DNA of 64,000 bases from Antedon mediterranea (lineage: Eukaryota > Animalia > Echinodermata). Position 1 is the stretch's first letter; each line of letters opens with the position of its first letter. The translations under genes and the position numbers were made by a program. The stretch is from the NCBI RefSeq assembly GCF_964355755.1, contig NC_092670.1, positions 10,340,795-10,404,794 on the forward strand, read 5' to 3'. Positions 1-12,054 of this stretch are shown piece by piece. The notes beneath the pieces were generated by a model. It made no database searches and was not told the DNA's origin. It was given only the letters and a program-made list of their open reading frames with translations.

Positions 1-977
1 TTCTAAGGTGTGGTATTCACACGATAAAGTTAGTTATCAAATTTGGAGTAAAAATACAAGCGAAGGAAACTAGCGCCAGGTTTATTAGTACGTACATGGA
101 CAACAATAAATAAAAATCGTTCGTAATATACCTAGCTTACTAAAACAGGAATAGTGTATCATTATTAAATATTACACCAATTATTATTTTATCAAAATTG
201 ATTAAATTATTTTCTACATAGGCCTCTTATCTAGGTTAGGGCTAAGCATATTAGCTAAAGTTTAATTTTAGGCCTAGTATTACAATTGTCGGACGTAAGT
301 CTTTTTTCACACGCGCTCCAGAATTCTGTCGCAATTTTTTTCTTTGCGGCATGTTATTGGATCGGCATATCAGTTTCCTTTTATTCACCGCCAGTTATTG
401 AACTTGTCCTGGCAATCGCTGTTCACCTTATTTGCGAGAGAGGTACACGTGTTGTTCCTAGAAAATGGAATGTCAAAAATGTCTTTGGCACGCCGCTCAG
501 AGAGAAGTCTGTGCGTTGCTGCTGAAACCACGTGCTATAGGAGTGGAATGCACCACGATCCTCTGAGCTGAGGGCTGAATCATTCCGCTACCTGCTAAAT
601 AGTAAAGAGGGATTGTCCATCTCTCGGGTCTACCGGATCTAGGCGCAGGGGTGTGACAAAATATTATTTTCACTCTGCTATGTTCGAGAGACATGTGAGT
701 GAACACGCTCGAAATGCCAACAAACATTGCAGTCATTTGATGAGTGTGTCGCTATAACAATTATTGTTTATCGAAAGTTGAAGACTGTCGTTCAGATTTT
801 TGAACCGTATAGTTTGGGCACTTTTGTAAAAGTAAAATTTGACACGATATGACTTGAATGAAAAAACAATCGTTACATAAAAATAAACAACATGATGAGT
901 GTATACACGAATCTATTTAGATACGCTTGTATCGATTGATTATTAGGCCTATAATATATCATAATAGCACGTTAAGA

Positions 978-1113
978 TATGCCTCGCACCTTTTTGAAAT
1001 TGTAAACTATATGCCTCGCATGCCTCGCACTTTTGGAAATGATAAAATGATGCCTCGCACAAATATTTGGCATGCCTCGCGTGCCTCGATGCCTCGCACT
1101 TTGTCAACACTCG
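978..1113 (-). mobile_element. Terminus of a DNA transposon (hAT-like) with subterminal TGCCTCGCA repeats; the element probably extends off the left of the window
   Basis: About 7 copies of (A)TGCCTCG(CA) in 980-1100, ending in ...CACTTTGTCAACACTCG. The other end is not visible, so the superfamily is tentative. Confidence 0.4.
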
Positions 1114-1349
1114 TCCAATGGCATTGTCTAGTTAGGAATCAAAAAGTAATATAGTACAATGTTGTATATATGATCTAGAAATGGATATACACTGTTATAT
1201 ATAGCTTTTTCAAGTTTTCAAGTTTAGTTTATTGTTTCACACAATACAATACAATACAATACAATACAATACAATATGAACAGAAACATAAATTAATAAT
1301 AAATACAATAGTGTGAGGAGGACGCATTAAGCCAAGGCTTTAAGTTTGG
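1114..1349. repeat. Near-identical copy of 3657-3904 (flank plus LINE 3' tail with a (CAATA)n microsatellite)
   Basis: GTCCAATGGCATTGTCTAGTTAGGAATC...GCCAAGGCTTTAAGTTTGGT occurs at both places; the CAATA copy number differs. Confidence 0.9.
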
Positions 1350-1449
1350 TGGGTTTGTGTGTGGGGAGAGAAACTATCCTCACGTAACGAATCCTGACCA
1401 TATTGTTTATAAAACAGGCTAATTCCTATCTTCCTATTCTATTCCTATG

Positions 1450-1652
1450 AAAAGTATACTAAAAAGTGGTCCAGAATTGGAACCATGGTCTCAAATGGTC
1501 CCAAAATTTAATGGAATGGACCACATATCTATCTGTATATTCATTTTGGTAAAGATCTTGTAATTACTTTTTGAGTAATCCTGGTAACAAACAGACAAAC
1601 AAACAAACAAACACACGCGATCGATTACATATACCTCCTTGGCGGAGGTAAA
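1450..1652 (-). mobile_element. Helentron-associated (HINE/DINE-1-like) non-autonomous element fragment
   Basis: The minus strand starts TTACCTCCGCCAAGGAGGT, followed by a (GTTT/GTCT)n microsatellite, which is the typical HINE layout. Confidence 0.55.
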
Positions 1653-2580
1653 TAAGTAAATGTAGTTACTGCAGTAAATGCTCTAATGTCCTTTGACCTT
1701 GTGAGTTGTTCCATTACAGAATAGATAAGTTGTACCATGAGTGCATTTGAATTAATAATTTAGGTATCTTGATATTACAGTCAACTCTCCCTAGGGCGGG
1801 CATATCTTTTCCGGTTTTTCGAAATTCCGGTTTCCTGAAAACATATTTTTGAAGTTATCACGTTGTCACTGAAAATGCTTGAATCACCGGTCCGAATGCT
1901 GCCCGGTAGCGATTTTTTTTTTCGTACATAAGTTGGGGACCCCTCATGAAACGTCACAAAATAAACATGAATAATTCATCAGTTAAATTTGTTGTTCCGT
2001 GTGCACCCAAGCGTAGCAACAAGAAGCGATTACACAACTGCGATACGATACTTTCTAGGCCTAGGATTCTAAGTCAATTCACGCGATTGCCTTCGCGCAT
2101 TCTTCTTCACACAAAATGTGTCGAGTCGAGGCTAATCGACAGCTAGGCAAGACATTAAACTAAGTAGTAATTCATTGGACATAGCCCAAAGAAAGCTTAG
2201 ACCCACAAGAATAAAGAATGTGTTTAATTTGTGTACTGTATTTTTTTTAATTCTGCTATTTTATTATCAAACAATGCATGTACTCAAAGGAACTTTAAAA
2301 ATGCGCGTATATGAACACATGAGATGGGAAGATTAGACCCACGAGAATAAAAAATGTATTTTTGTGTAATGTTTATTGTTTAATTTTGCTGACTTATTAC
2401 TCGGATTGTGTCATACCTATAACACACACACACAGCTCTACTAGAATAGATGTTTAGAGACTAATAATTAGGCCTAGGCCTAATAGTATTAATAGAAACT
2501 ATAATTTTAACACGTAATTCTTTAGTAATAAATTATATTAAAAACACTATTATAAACTAAAGTCTGATTATCACCAGTTC

Positions 2581-2915
2581 GATAATCATTTTTGGAATGC
2601 TGTCTTGACCTCTAAATGACCTGATTCTGTGTTCAGAGTTCTCAACTTTCTACAATTGATTTCTTTAATTTGGATAAAAAATTCTGTAGTAATTACAAAA
2701 TAGTTGAATGTAGAATGATATTCAGAAAAACCATCACACTGTGATTGTGTTTTGACAAATTGTAATCCAGAAATGGAAATCCAGAAGAAGTGCTTTTCGT
2801 GGTAAATTTTGCATTATAATTTTGTGTTTTATTTTGGGTTTCTCATAATTTTAAGTCATATCATAATTTTGCCTAGTATGTATTTCCATAGTATTTATCT
2901 CCATTTCCATACAAA
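2581..2915. repeat. Internally deleted paralog of 5763-6812 (lacks the segment carrying GTDC1 exon 6)
   Basis: TGCTGTCTTGA(C/T)CTCTAA(A/G)TGACCTGATT (2599 vs 5814) is joined almost directly to GTTCAGAGTTCTCAACTT...TCACACTGTGATTGTGTTTTGACAAATTG (2631 vs 6492). Confidence 0.8.
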
Positions 2916-3749
2916 AATATAAATTGACTGGGTAATCATCAGGAATAGTCCTGAACAGGGAGATGAGCGCCTCTGCCCACCGATGAGTTTTGGTATCCCT
3001 TTGACCTGGAGGGAGAGTACTCGTCAGGGTCCCTACCTAGGGTTACAGGTCTCAGGTTTTTAGTTCTTTTAATTAATTAGTGTTCCATGACCTTCTCATC
3101 AAAATTAATGTCTCTCATTGTTGTGTTATATCAACATAATGTCAATGACGGCGAAATGTCCCCAATAATGGGGATAGCTATGCAAACAAGTAAGTAACAA
3201 GTAAGTAATATTGAATTATCTCAACTCGAATCTATTTTATTATATTATGGTGATGCTATTAAATGACATAAAATGTAAACATAAAAAGGATTATTGTCCT
3301 TTACTGAATTTTCCTCTTTCAATCTTTATAATATTATATAGTATTATATGGTGATGCTATTAAAATTCAAATATATTGTAATGTTTGTCTTCCACTTGTC
3401 TCTATTCTTAGATATTATTATTTAAAACACGTTCTCTGCATGTAGAATAATAGCATCTGCATAATTTAGTATCTTGTTTGAAAATGAGCGTTAACATTAA
3501 TTAATTTTCCATATGTTGTTTTCACATAGCTACCACAGTATTACTTAATACCACTCCCTGTTAATACACTGCACTCTCCTCACCTCTGCTGGCTTGATGA
3601 TAACTTGAGCAAAAAAAACCAACCACCTGACATGTTTTAACTTCAGATGTTGACTTGTCCAATGGCATTGTCTAGTTAGGAATCAAAAAGTAATATAGTA
3701 CAATGTTGTATATATGATCTAGAAATGGATATACACTGTTATATATAGC

Positions 3750-4660
3750 TTTTTCAAGTTTTCAAGTTTAGTTTATTGTTTCACACAATACAATACAATA
3801 CAATACAATACAATACAATACAATACAATATGAACAGAAACATAAATTAATAATAAACACAATTGTGTGAGGAGTACGCATTAAGCCAAGGCTTTAAGTT
3901 TGGTCCTCCAGATAAGGAATATATTTAATTATTTAATTTAAGTGAGAGAACAAAAACAAACTTCTTTCTTTTGTCAAATTGACAAATAAAATTAAACAAA
4001 AAGGCAAAAAAAAGCAAAAAAAAACAGTCTTAAGGCATTTGTGAATTACTAATGTTCTAAATAGTTTGAAATAAGTGTTTGTTTGTATTTTGTTTTAAAT
4101 GTATTTATGATGGTTATTGCTTTTAGATTGAGCGGTAAGTTGTTCCATATATACGGTCCATTGTAAATAAAAGATGTTCTTCTAAGTAATATGGTATGCT
4201 TTTCGTATAGATTTTTTGCAGTTGAAGATCTGGTGTTGTAAGAATGATTACAATTTTGAAAATAGGAGTAAAATTGAGTTGGTAATTTATTATGATTTAG
4301 GCGGAACATGAATAAAGCTGTTTGGAGTTTATTTATATCAAATATATTTAAAGTATTGAGAGAATAAAAAAGTGGTTTAGTATGAGATTTTTGAGGTGCT
4401 CCCGAACAGATTCAGAGAGAATTAATTTTTGTGTTATCAGAACCTGTCCAGGGGCAGCATCCATTAAATTTATCTACAGTTGTAGCCCAAGCAACATTGC
4501 AGTATGATAAATAGGGTAAAATAAGAGTATTATACAGGGAAAATAAGATGTTTAAAGGAAGTATGTACTTCAATTTAGTTAAAATTCCAACGTTTCTCGA
4601 GATAATTTTAGTTAAATATGTTATGTGAGGTTTCCAATTTAGTTCAAGAGTCAAATCAAT
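3750..4660 (-). mobile_element. 5'-truncated CR1/L2-group LINE (RT C-terminal region, 3' UTR and tail), frameshifted
   Basis: ORFs 4412-4741 and 4049-4309 give LNWKPHI...LYNTLILPYLSYCNVAW and GPYIWNNLP...FKTKYK. Minus-strand tail is AATAAACTAAACTTGAAAACTTGAAAA. Same family as the 12055-15297 LINE. Confidence 0.85.
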
Positions 4661-6401
4661 ATTTGACTCTTGAGTGTCTATTTTGTTTTTATTAATTCTA
4701 AAAGCCAGAAAAACTTCTTTTATCTTGTTTAAAAATTTCAATTATTTCTGTTTTTACCTTTAAATGTAATTACTTTAATTGTGTTAATTTGATTTTGATA
4801 ATTTTAGGTTTAATTTTATATTTTCTTTTGTCCATTTATATACTGTATTTTGTTTATATTTATGTAGTTAAGAACTGAACCACTTTGGAAATCAGTACAT
4901 TGTATTGAAAGTGTATTTCAGAATAAAGAAAGATTAAATAAATAAATTAAAATACAAAATTGAAGAGTCAAGGAATATAGTGGTTACTGTAAAATGAACC
5001 TTTGAAGCTAGACTTGCCCCAAGTCTGTATTTATTGTCTTTTTTTTTATTTATTTGTTTTTATTTCGACCGCGATTTTTGTCTGAAAATACAGTATCCAA
5101 ACTCAAGTAATACACGTATGAAACGCCATATGTGCAAAAATATTTATATTTTTACTAATATTAAGACAAAACTCCGTCTGGAGCCCAGACTACTTTGAAG
5201 CATGCAGTCACAAATGAAAAAGAAATCAGAATCATGTTAATATATTTAAATATACATACTGTATATACTGTTTCTTCATTCTTGTTTTGTTTGTGTAAAT
5301 ATTTTAAATTATAGACGTTTATTATGTTACTGTTTAATATTTTTTAATGTCAGTTGCTTATTTTCTATCATATTTTTGTACATTTATGCATTTCATTATT
5401 GTCTGGGGAATTGTCTTCTTTTGCAAAGGTTAAAAAATGCTTAGTACCAGTTCCGACTGGAGAACCAGTGACTTAGTTGAATATTCTTGCAGTCTTCTGT
5501 TGTTCAATTTTTGTAATATTTTGATTTGTGGTGGAAAGAATGTTTATGGTAATCTTAAGGATGAACAACAATGTCTGTTTTCTGGTGGTGTAATTAGAAA
5601 GAAGTAAATAATGATTGAAAATAAATTACATCAAACGAATAATTAAATATCCAAATAAATAACATTAAATGTTAACATCAAGGTGGCTCAAGCTTGTGCT
5701 TCGCAGGAGCGACATGCATGAGGTAGAAACATGAGCAAGAATACTGTACATACCACCCGTTAGATAATCATTTTTTAAATGGTGCATGTGAGTGCACATG
5801 CTGCTGACCACCTGCTGTCTTGATCTCTAAGTGACCTGATTGTGACGTAGGAAATTTGTTTGAGAATCAGTAAACGCAGCATTCGGTATTAATTGCAAAG
5901 AAATAGTCTAAAAAACACATTTTTCCTAAAAGAATGTGCCATTCTAACAGAGCTTAAATGAATAAAGGACAAATAAAAGGTGCCCCAGCTCGAACAGCGC
6001 TATTATCGGACTTGCAGTTTAGGAGGAGATACAGGAATAAACTTTGGCTTAGTGCTATTATAATATGATGATCAACGAACAAATTATCTTAAACAGCCCT
6101 TTTGCTCGATATTAAATATCCAACCTTTCCAGAATTTGGAACCATCCCTCACCCTCAATGTCACTTAAAATCCAAAAACCACTCCAAAAATCATTTCAGT
6201 GTCCCTGTATTGAACTAATAGTATATTTTTGAATATCTTTTAAAGTGACCAATAATCAAATCTGATGTAATAATAAAACAATTAAAGCGTTAAATTTGAC
6301 TGTTATAAGACAAAGTTTAATGTACCCTACCTAGTGAGTTTAGTGGTACAATTATTAAATAAAGAAGTTAAATTTAATTTTGTTCTTCATTGTTCTTTTA
6401 G

Positions 6402-6472
6402 GCTTGAAGCTGTTCATTGTGGGTGTCTTCCATTGTGTCCTAACCAGTTGGTGTATCCTGAGATATTTCCAA
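6402..6472 (+). CDS. GTDC1: GTDC1/QTMAN coding exon 6 (penultimate): (M)[23 protein letters not shown]
   Basis: TTTTAG acceptor ends at 6401 and GTAAGT donor starts at 6473; 71 nt. The peptide matches the GTDC1 '[24 protein letters not shown]' motif. The first base G completes ATG with the AT ending exon 5 at 60789. Confidence 0.88.
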
Positions 6473-7229
6473 GTAAGTTCAAATCTTATGAGTTCAGAGT
6501 TCTCAACTTGCTATAATTGATTTCAGTAGTTTGGATAAAAAAAATTCTGTAGTAATTACACAATTTCAATAGTTGTGTACATGTTTCAGAGCATGTACAA
6601 AATGAGATTCAGAAAGGCTATCACACTGTGATTGTGTTTTGACAAATTGTAATTCAGAAATTGAAATGGAAATCCAGAACAAGGGCTTTTCGTGGATTGT
6701 TGTTCGATGATTTGTCCATCATAATTTTGTGTTTTATTAGGGGTTTCTCATAATTAAGCCAAATCATAAATTTGCCTAATATGTATTTCCATAGTATTCA
6801 TCTACATTTCCATATATTATATGGCAGCACTGAAATAAGTAATTCAATATTCCAATAATAAAGATGTATTGTCCCTTTGACTAATTCAAACAAAATTTTG
6901 AAGTATCATAATAGTTATTAACTTTCACCAAAAATGTGTCCAAAAAAATTAATTTAACTGAAATACAGACTTTTTTTGTTAAAAAAATAACTTTGACTTC
7001 CAGTCAAAGTTTGGCTACTCTGTATGCATAATCATAAAACTTCCTCGCGATCTGTGTGAAAACACCTTCTCAACCGTGACGAGTTGTAAACAATTCTAAT
7101 TAGCAGCATACTCGTGGTTTACTTTCTCGCGACGATTTTTCAGATGAAATCAAATTAATTAACCTGTTAATTACGTAAACTTGTTGTTTTTGGCTCGAAT
7201 TTTTGACATCTACTTCTACCTAGTAAGAT

Positions 7230-8370
7230 AACCTGTGGCGTCCCGCAAGGGACTAAGCTTGGTCCCGTGTTATTCTTGGTGCTCATTAATGATGCATGTG
7301 TCGGAAGCTGCAGAAGGTGGAAATACGTAGACGACCTCACCCTGTTAGTTAGTAAAGGAGCAAGGCCTCAATGCAAGAGATGCTTATGATGTTAATGATT
7401 GGTGTAGAAAGAATAATATGATCCCAAAGCCCTCTAAGTGCCATACTGTTAACTTTTTGAAAGACATCAGCGTTGACGCTGCGTCTCCCATTTTTAATCT
7501 AAATGGCTCCAACCTTGATGTAGTAGAACATATGAGATTGCTTGGCGTCATAATTCAAAGTAATTTGAAGTGGGACCTCAACACCCAAGATATTGTCTCA
7601 CGGGCATCAAGAAGACTCTTTGCTTTATGTATTTAAAAAAAAGTTAGTGTTGTTCTTGATGACCTAATCACTGTGTACACTTCCTACATTAGGCCCATCT
7701 TGGAATACGCTTGCCAGGTATGGCATGGTGCTATTACCAAGAAAATGGCCAACAGCATTGAGACCATCCAGAAAAGAGCATGTCGAATAATGTTAGGTGG
7801 TACCTACATTTCCTATGACAATGCCCTAGAGGTTACAGGGTTACCTTCTCTCGAGGCAAGGAGAGACACTCTTGTGTTGTCCTTTGGCAGGGGGTTACTC
7901 AAGTCCAACTGTTTTCAAGACATGCTACCTCCTTGCCACGGGCAGAAGAGAAGAACCCTTAGGTCTAATACAACTAGTACCGGAAGTCTCCTTCCCCCCA
8001 GGTGTAAAACTGAACGATACCAAAGGTCTGCCATACCTACGATTGTTAAGTTTATTAATGCTAACTGATATGGGTTGATTTCCATGATTATTTCTTACTT
8101 TCTCGATGCCGTTTCGACTTTTTATATAATAATTTTAATAATGTATATACTAATAATAATCTTAAATAATAATAATAATAATGACGTACTTAATTTTATG
8201 AACGAATAATATTGTATTTTGTGTTTTATAATATATAGTTATTTTTCTATACTGTTTATAATTGTGCCTCTTTTACTTTTAATTATATGTATATTGATTG
8301 TAAACAAACGTTATCAGCCAATGGCTGGTGTTTTTGTATGTGTTTTTAAACCTAAATAAATAAATAAATT
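7230..8370 (+). mobile_element. 5'-truncated CR1/L2-group LINE (RT core to 3' tail), decayed, inside the GTDC1 exon 6-7 intron
   Basis: CGVPQGTKLGPVLFLVLIND...KYVDDLTL, then ORFs 7418-7636 and 7673-8068 (IRPILEYACQVW, IQKRACRI); (TAAA)n tail near 8354-8368. Confidence 0.9.
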
Positions 8371-8807
8371 ATGACAGGTAGCGTTAGGTTCGACGACAGT
8401 GATATTCCGTCGGCTTCATATACAATGTAAATAGATAGATAAATGAGGAAAGTAAGTAGATTAAATTTTCATGAGTCTTTATGACTCTTTTATTCATAAA
8501 CTTGCCAACTACAGTATTGATTAATAACAAAGATACAAGAACAACGGGATGGTAAAGTAAATTTACGTCTCACTCGCTCAAAATCAAAACGAAGAGTGGT
8601 AGAGGTTTCTGGATATTGTTGTTTACCACAATTAAGCATGTAGTTAAATTATATGCAGAGTAAAATAGCCAATCAGAACTTTTAGTCTTATTTGGCTTGC
8701 TACATTATAAAAATAGGTAGAAAATAAATGATTTGGGCTGTACCAATTTCCGTTACATTATAAAGGAGTATTGTCCTATACCGAATTACTCTTACAATCT
8801 CTTTTAG

Positions 8808-8983
8808 AGGACTGTTTATACAATACAGAACAACAGTTATTTAAACATCTACGACGATTCTGCAGAACACCAAATATTGTACGTAACTATGACAGAAGTA
8901 CACTGAATGAAATCACTACAAAATGTAGCTGGACATCTCTCAAGCAACAATATCTAACACTGCTTTCAAGTCAAGAATCATAA
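8808..8983 (+). CDS. GTDC1: GTDC1/QTMAN terminal coding exon 7: (K)DCLYNTEQQLFKHLRRFCRTPNIVR...CSWTSLKQQYLTLLSSQES*
   Basis: TTTTAG acceptor ends at 8807; phase 1 matches exon 6 (A|AG = Lys); TAA at 8981-8983. Resembles the GTDC1 C-terminus (LYxTxxQLxKxLxxFCxxP...SW). Confidence 0.82.
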
Positions 8984-9076
8984 TGGTGTATCACAATTTT
9001 CAAGATGCATAAATGCCGTGAATGGTAAATTATTAACTTATATACTACTTTTCAATTGGTATGCACTTTTATTATA

Positions 9077-10050
9077 CTAGCAATTATACCTGTCTCAGTA
9101 CAATTCCAACTAATTTGATATGTCTCATAACCCGGAGGCCAGTATCTCCCTGTATTCACCAACCTCCAACCCTCTTCAATCACATCCCTCACTTAGGGTT
9201 AAAAAAAAAAAAAATCCTTCCCAGTACAATTTTTAATTTGGGAAAAAACCAACTTTAGCTTCATAATGAGAGGCCAAGAGGATGATGCACAACTATGATA
9301 GGCCTATGGTTTAGATACTTTGCAAACTGTGTAAATGAATAGGTGTCGTATTGGCTAATGATTAAAATATCAATACAGCTACATATGATACAGCTGAAAT
9401 ACCTCTGCCCAAGGCTTCTTTCTCCTCTCCCTATCCCAGCCACAATCAACAAACCCTAACTCCTAGAACAGTTCAATCCCAATCATGTTGTCCTTCATTA
9501 GCCCCAAAACGCCAGTATCTCCGCCCCACTAGGTTTGAGACGTTTCTAGTATAATTGAGCCATACAGTATATCACTCCCAACCCCTCAGTGGCAGTTTTT
9601 TTAAAATATAGTTTAAAACATTTCCAGTAGAGTTTCAGCCATGTTGATAGGCCTACGACCCACCCCAAACTCCCAACCCAAACTCCCAACTCCTTTCCAG
9701 AAATACTTAAAATTCAATTCAAATTGATAGCCTACTACCCTTAGCCCAAGCAAAAATCCCCACCATTCCTACCGCAACTTCCCCCTCCCCCTTCTGACTT
9801 TGGGAATTTTTTAAATGTAGTTTAAAACCTTCACAGTACAATTGCAGTCATTTTGATACCCATATGTATGGTTACGTGCAGAAACAGAAATTTGTATAAC
9901 GAACAGAAAAACACAAAAAGTGGAAAAAAGGTTGGGAATTTTGACCCATAACTTGTATTCAAGATGGCGGATGATGTTCAAATATAGTTTAGAACCTTTC
10001 CTGTACCATTATAGTCATTTTGATACCCCATATGTGTACAGTAACAAAAC
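9077..10050 (-). mobile_element. Non-autonomous Helitron-like element, partial copy of the 40054-42379 family
   Basis: Shares the CTAGCAATTATACC end and internal modules (CCAACCTCCA.CCCTCTTCAAT, GATGGCGGATGATGTTCAAATATAG, TTTTGATACCCCATATG) with 40054-42379. Confidence 0.7.
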
Positions 10051-10791
10051 AAAGTACTAGCAGATTCATAAGTTAAATTCATACAAAAAGAATTGATCAA
10101 AGTTTTGTTTTTTGCTGAAAGTGATTTTTGACGTTAATAAATTCAAAGTTGAATTTTGTAGTAGTTTATTTGCTCTTTAATGTTTAATACTTTCACTTTA
10201 CCTTGGAAAATACATTAGCATTCATCTTGTGTTTCTTTATGTCACAAATTTCCTTGATCAAAACCAATATAATAAGATATATAATATACATTCATTGTAA
10301 GTTTTTATTTAATTTTTAATCATTTCAAAATAAGATTCAATTTAAAAACTTCAGCAAATATCCATTGAAAATACTCCTAAAATTAGATTAAAAATTACTA
10401 ATTATTATTAATTAAAATATAGGAAATACTGATTTATGATTAGATATCAATTTGATTTTATTAATTAAAAACAATAATAATAATGTTACTATTGTATTAG
10501 CATAGTTTTAAATAATACAATTAATATTGTTTTTACAGAATGACTTATGATTATTTGGTATAATATAATATTTAAAAATGATTAATAGTAAAACATTAAT
10601 TGTTACTAATATTATATTATTTAAAATACAAAATGAAAAATTCCGTTTAATAAATTTTAAACAAATCACAGTTGATATGCCAATATATTTGATTATTATA
10701 ATAAAATAATTATTCAATGATAAAGCAAAATGATAATTTAAAAGAAACAAAGAAGAATCTAAATTATTAAATAATTACAGATTCTGATTTG

Positions 10792-11050
10792 TTATGGTGC
10801 TCTTATAACCATCATCACTGTTGTCTTAAAAGATCAAAATATCGATCTCAGTTGATGCCATTGTAATGAGCTGTACCTGGTGTCAGACAAACCATTCAGG
10901 TATGAATCATGAACATTCTCTTATGGGGCTCTTTTAACCATCATCACTGTTGTCTTAAAAGATCAAAATAGCGATCCCAGTTGATGCCATTGTAATCAGC
11001 TGTACCTGGTGTGAGACAAAGCCCATTCAGGTCTGAATCATGAACATTCT
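10792..11050 (-). pseudogene. Two tandem ~130-bp decayed copies of the 3' end of a fibrinogen-domain exon
   Basis: Units 10792-10920 and 10921-11050. The second reads HDSDLNGLCLTPGTADYNGINW...(frameshift)...KTTVMMVKRAP* on -, homologous to the end of the 11052-11317 exon. Confidence 0.8.
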
Positions 11051-11051
11051 T

Positions 11052-11317
11052 TTATGACGCTCTTTTAACCATCATCACTGTCTTCTTGAGACTGTGGTAC
11101 CTACTATGGAAATTCCACCAGTTGGTGCCTGTCAAACCCTCTGTACCTGGTGTAAGGTAAAGCTCATTCAGGTTTGAATGATGACAACTATTGTACCACC
11201 AAGCACCTTTGTTATACTCAGCACAGTTAGTACCGATCCCGCTACCGCTTCTCTTATCATTGTCTCTATCATACGTTGAAAATTGTTGACCATTGTGGCG
11301 TGATGTCAAAGAATCAC
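11052..11317 (-). CDS. Terminal exon of a fibrinogen-related domain (FReD; ficolin/tenascin/angiopoietin-like) gene; upstream exons not securely found, possibly a pseudogene
   Basis: Acceptor TTTGTTTAG|GT GAT TCT. Peptide (G)DSLTSRHNGQQFSTYDRDND...CAEYNKGAWWYNSCHHSNLNE...SLKKTVMMVKR* carries the canonical FReD motifs (FSTxDxDND, GAWWY, SNLN). Confidence 0.85.
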
Positions 11318-12054
11318 CTAAACAAACAAAATTTAAATCATCTTTAGTTTACTTCATACATCTTTAAATTAAAATTCATTTTTAAATATTTGTTTTTCTT
11401 TCTATTACAAATAAAATAAAATATATTTGATATAAAAGGGAAAATAAAACACAAATTTATAAACTATTCTTATATATCATATATTCTTTATTTTATTTTT
11501 TTTTTGTCAGAGTTATTATACTTTAAAAGTAATGCATTTTAATAATGAAGAAAGCCAAAGTTATATGATAAGTAAAAAGTGCGATTAATAAAGTACTACT
11601 CCTCCCTTATTCGTTGTAGTATTGAGCTGGGATTTGGCATGAATATACAAAGCCATAGAGCCGGATTTTGAATATCACTGGCTCCTTGTTTAGGGACCAC
11701 TGACTAATCCTATTGAATTAGAACAGGTAATGAATGCGTTCAACGTTGCAACATTTAGTAAGGAATTTAATCGTTATTTTTATCCATATGTTTTTTTTAA
11801 ATAACAAAAAATATAATATAATGTACCACACAGTGATATATTTTCGACTAGTTAGCCGTTATTGAAGAGATAATAGTGAGTTTTGACAAAAAGTCTTGCC
11901 GCGTTGATCGGTGGGCTAGGCAAGGCCGAGCTAATCGTAGTCGCTACTTTATTGTTGATTTTCTCAAAATGAAGATTTCCTGAGCTATAAATAGTGACTC
12001 GTATGTTTTCATTAATGTGTTATTTTTTTTTTTTTTTACTACTATGCGTAGGTG

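Noticed and set aside
286-736. Short overlapping ORFs at the window start
   Set aside because: No recognisable motifs; probably the interior of the DNA transposon ending near 1113.
11994-12054. Signal-peptide-like N-terminus on the 550-aa LINE ORF
   Set aside because: It comes from T-rich flanking sequence upstream of the 5' truncation point and starts at GTG; chance in-frame extension is the simpler explanation.
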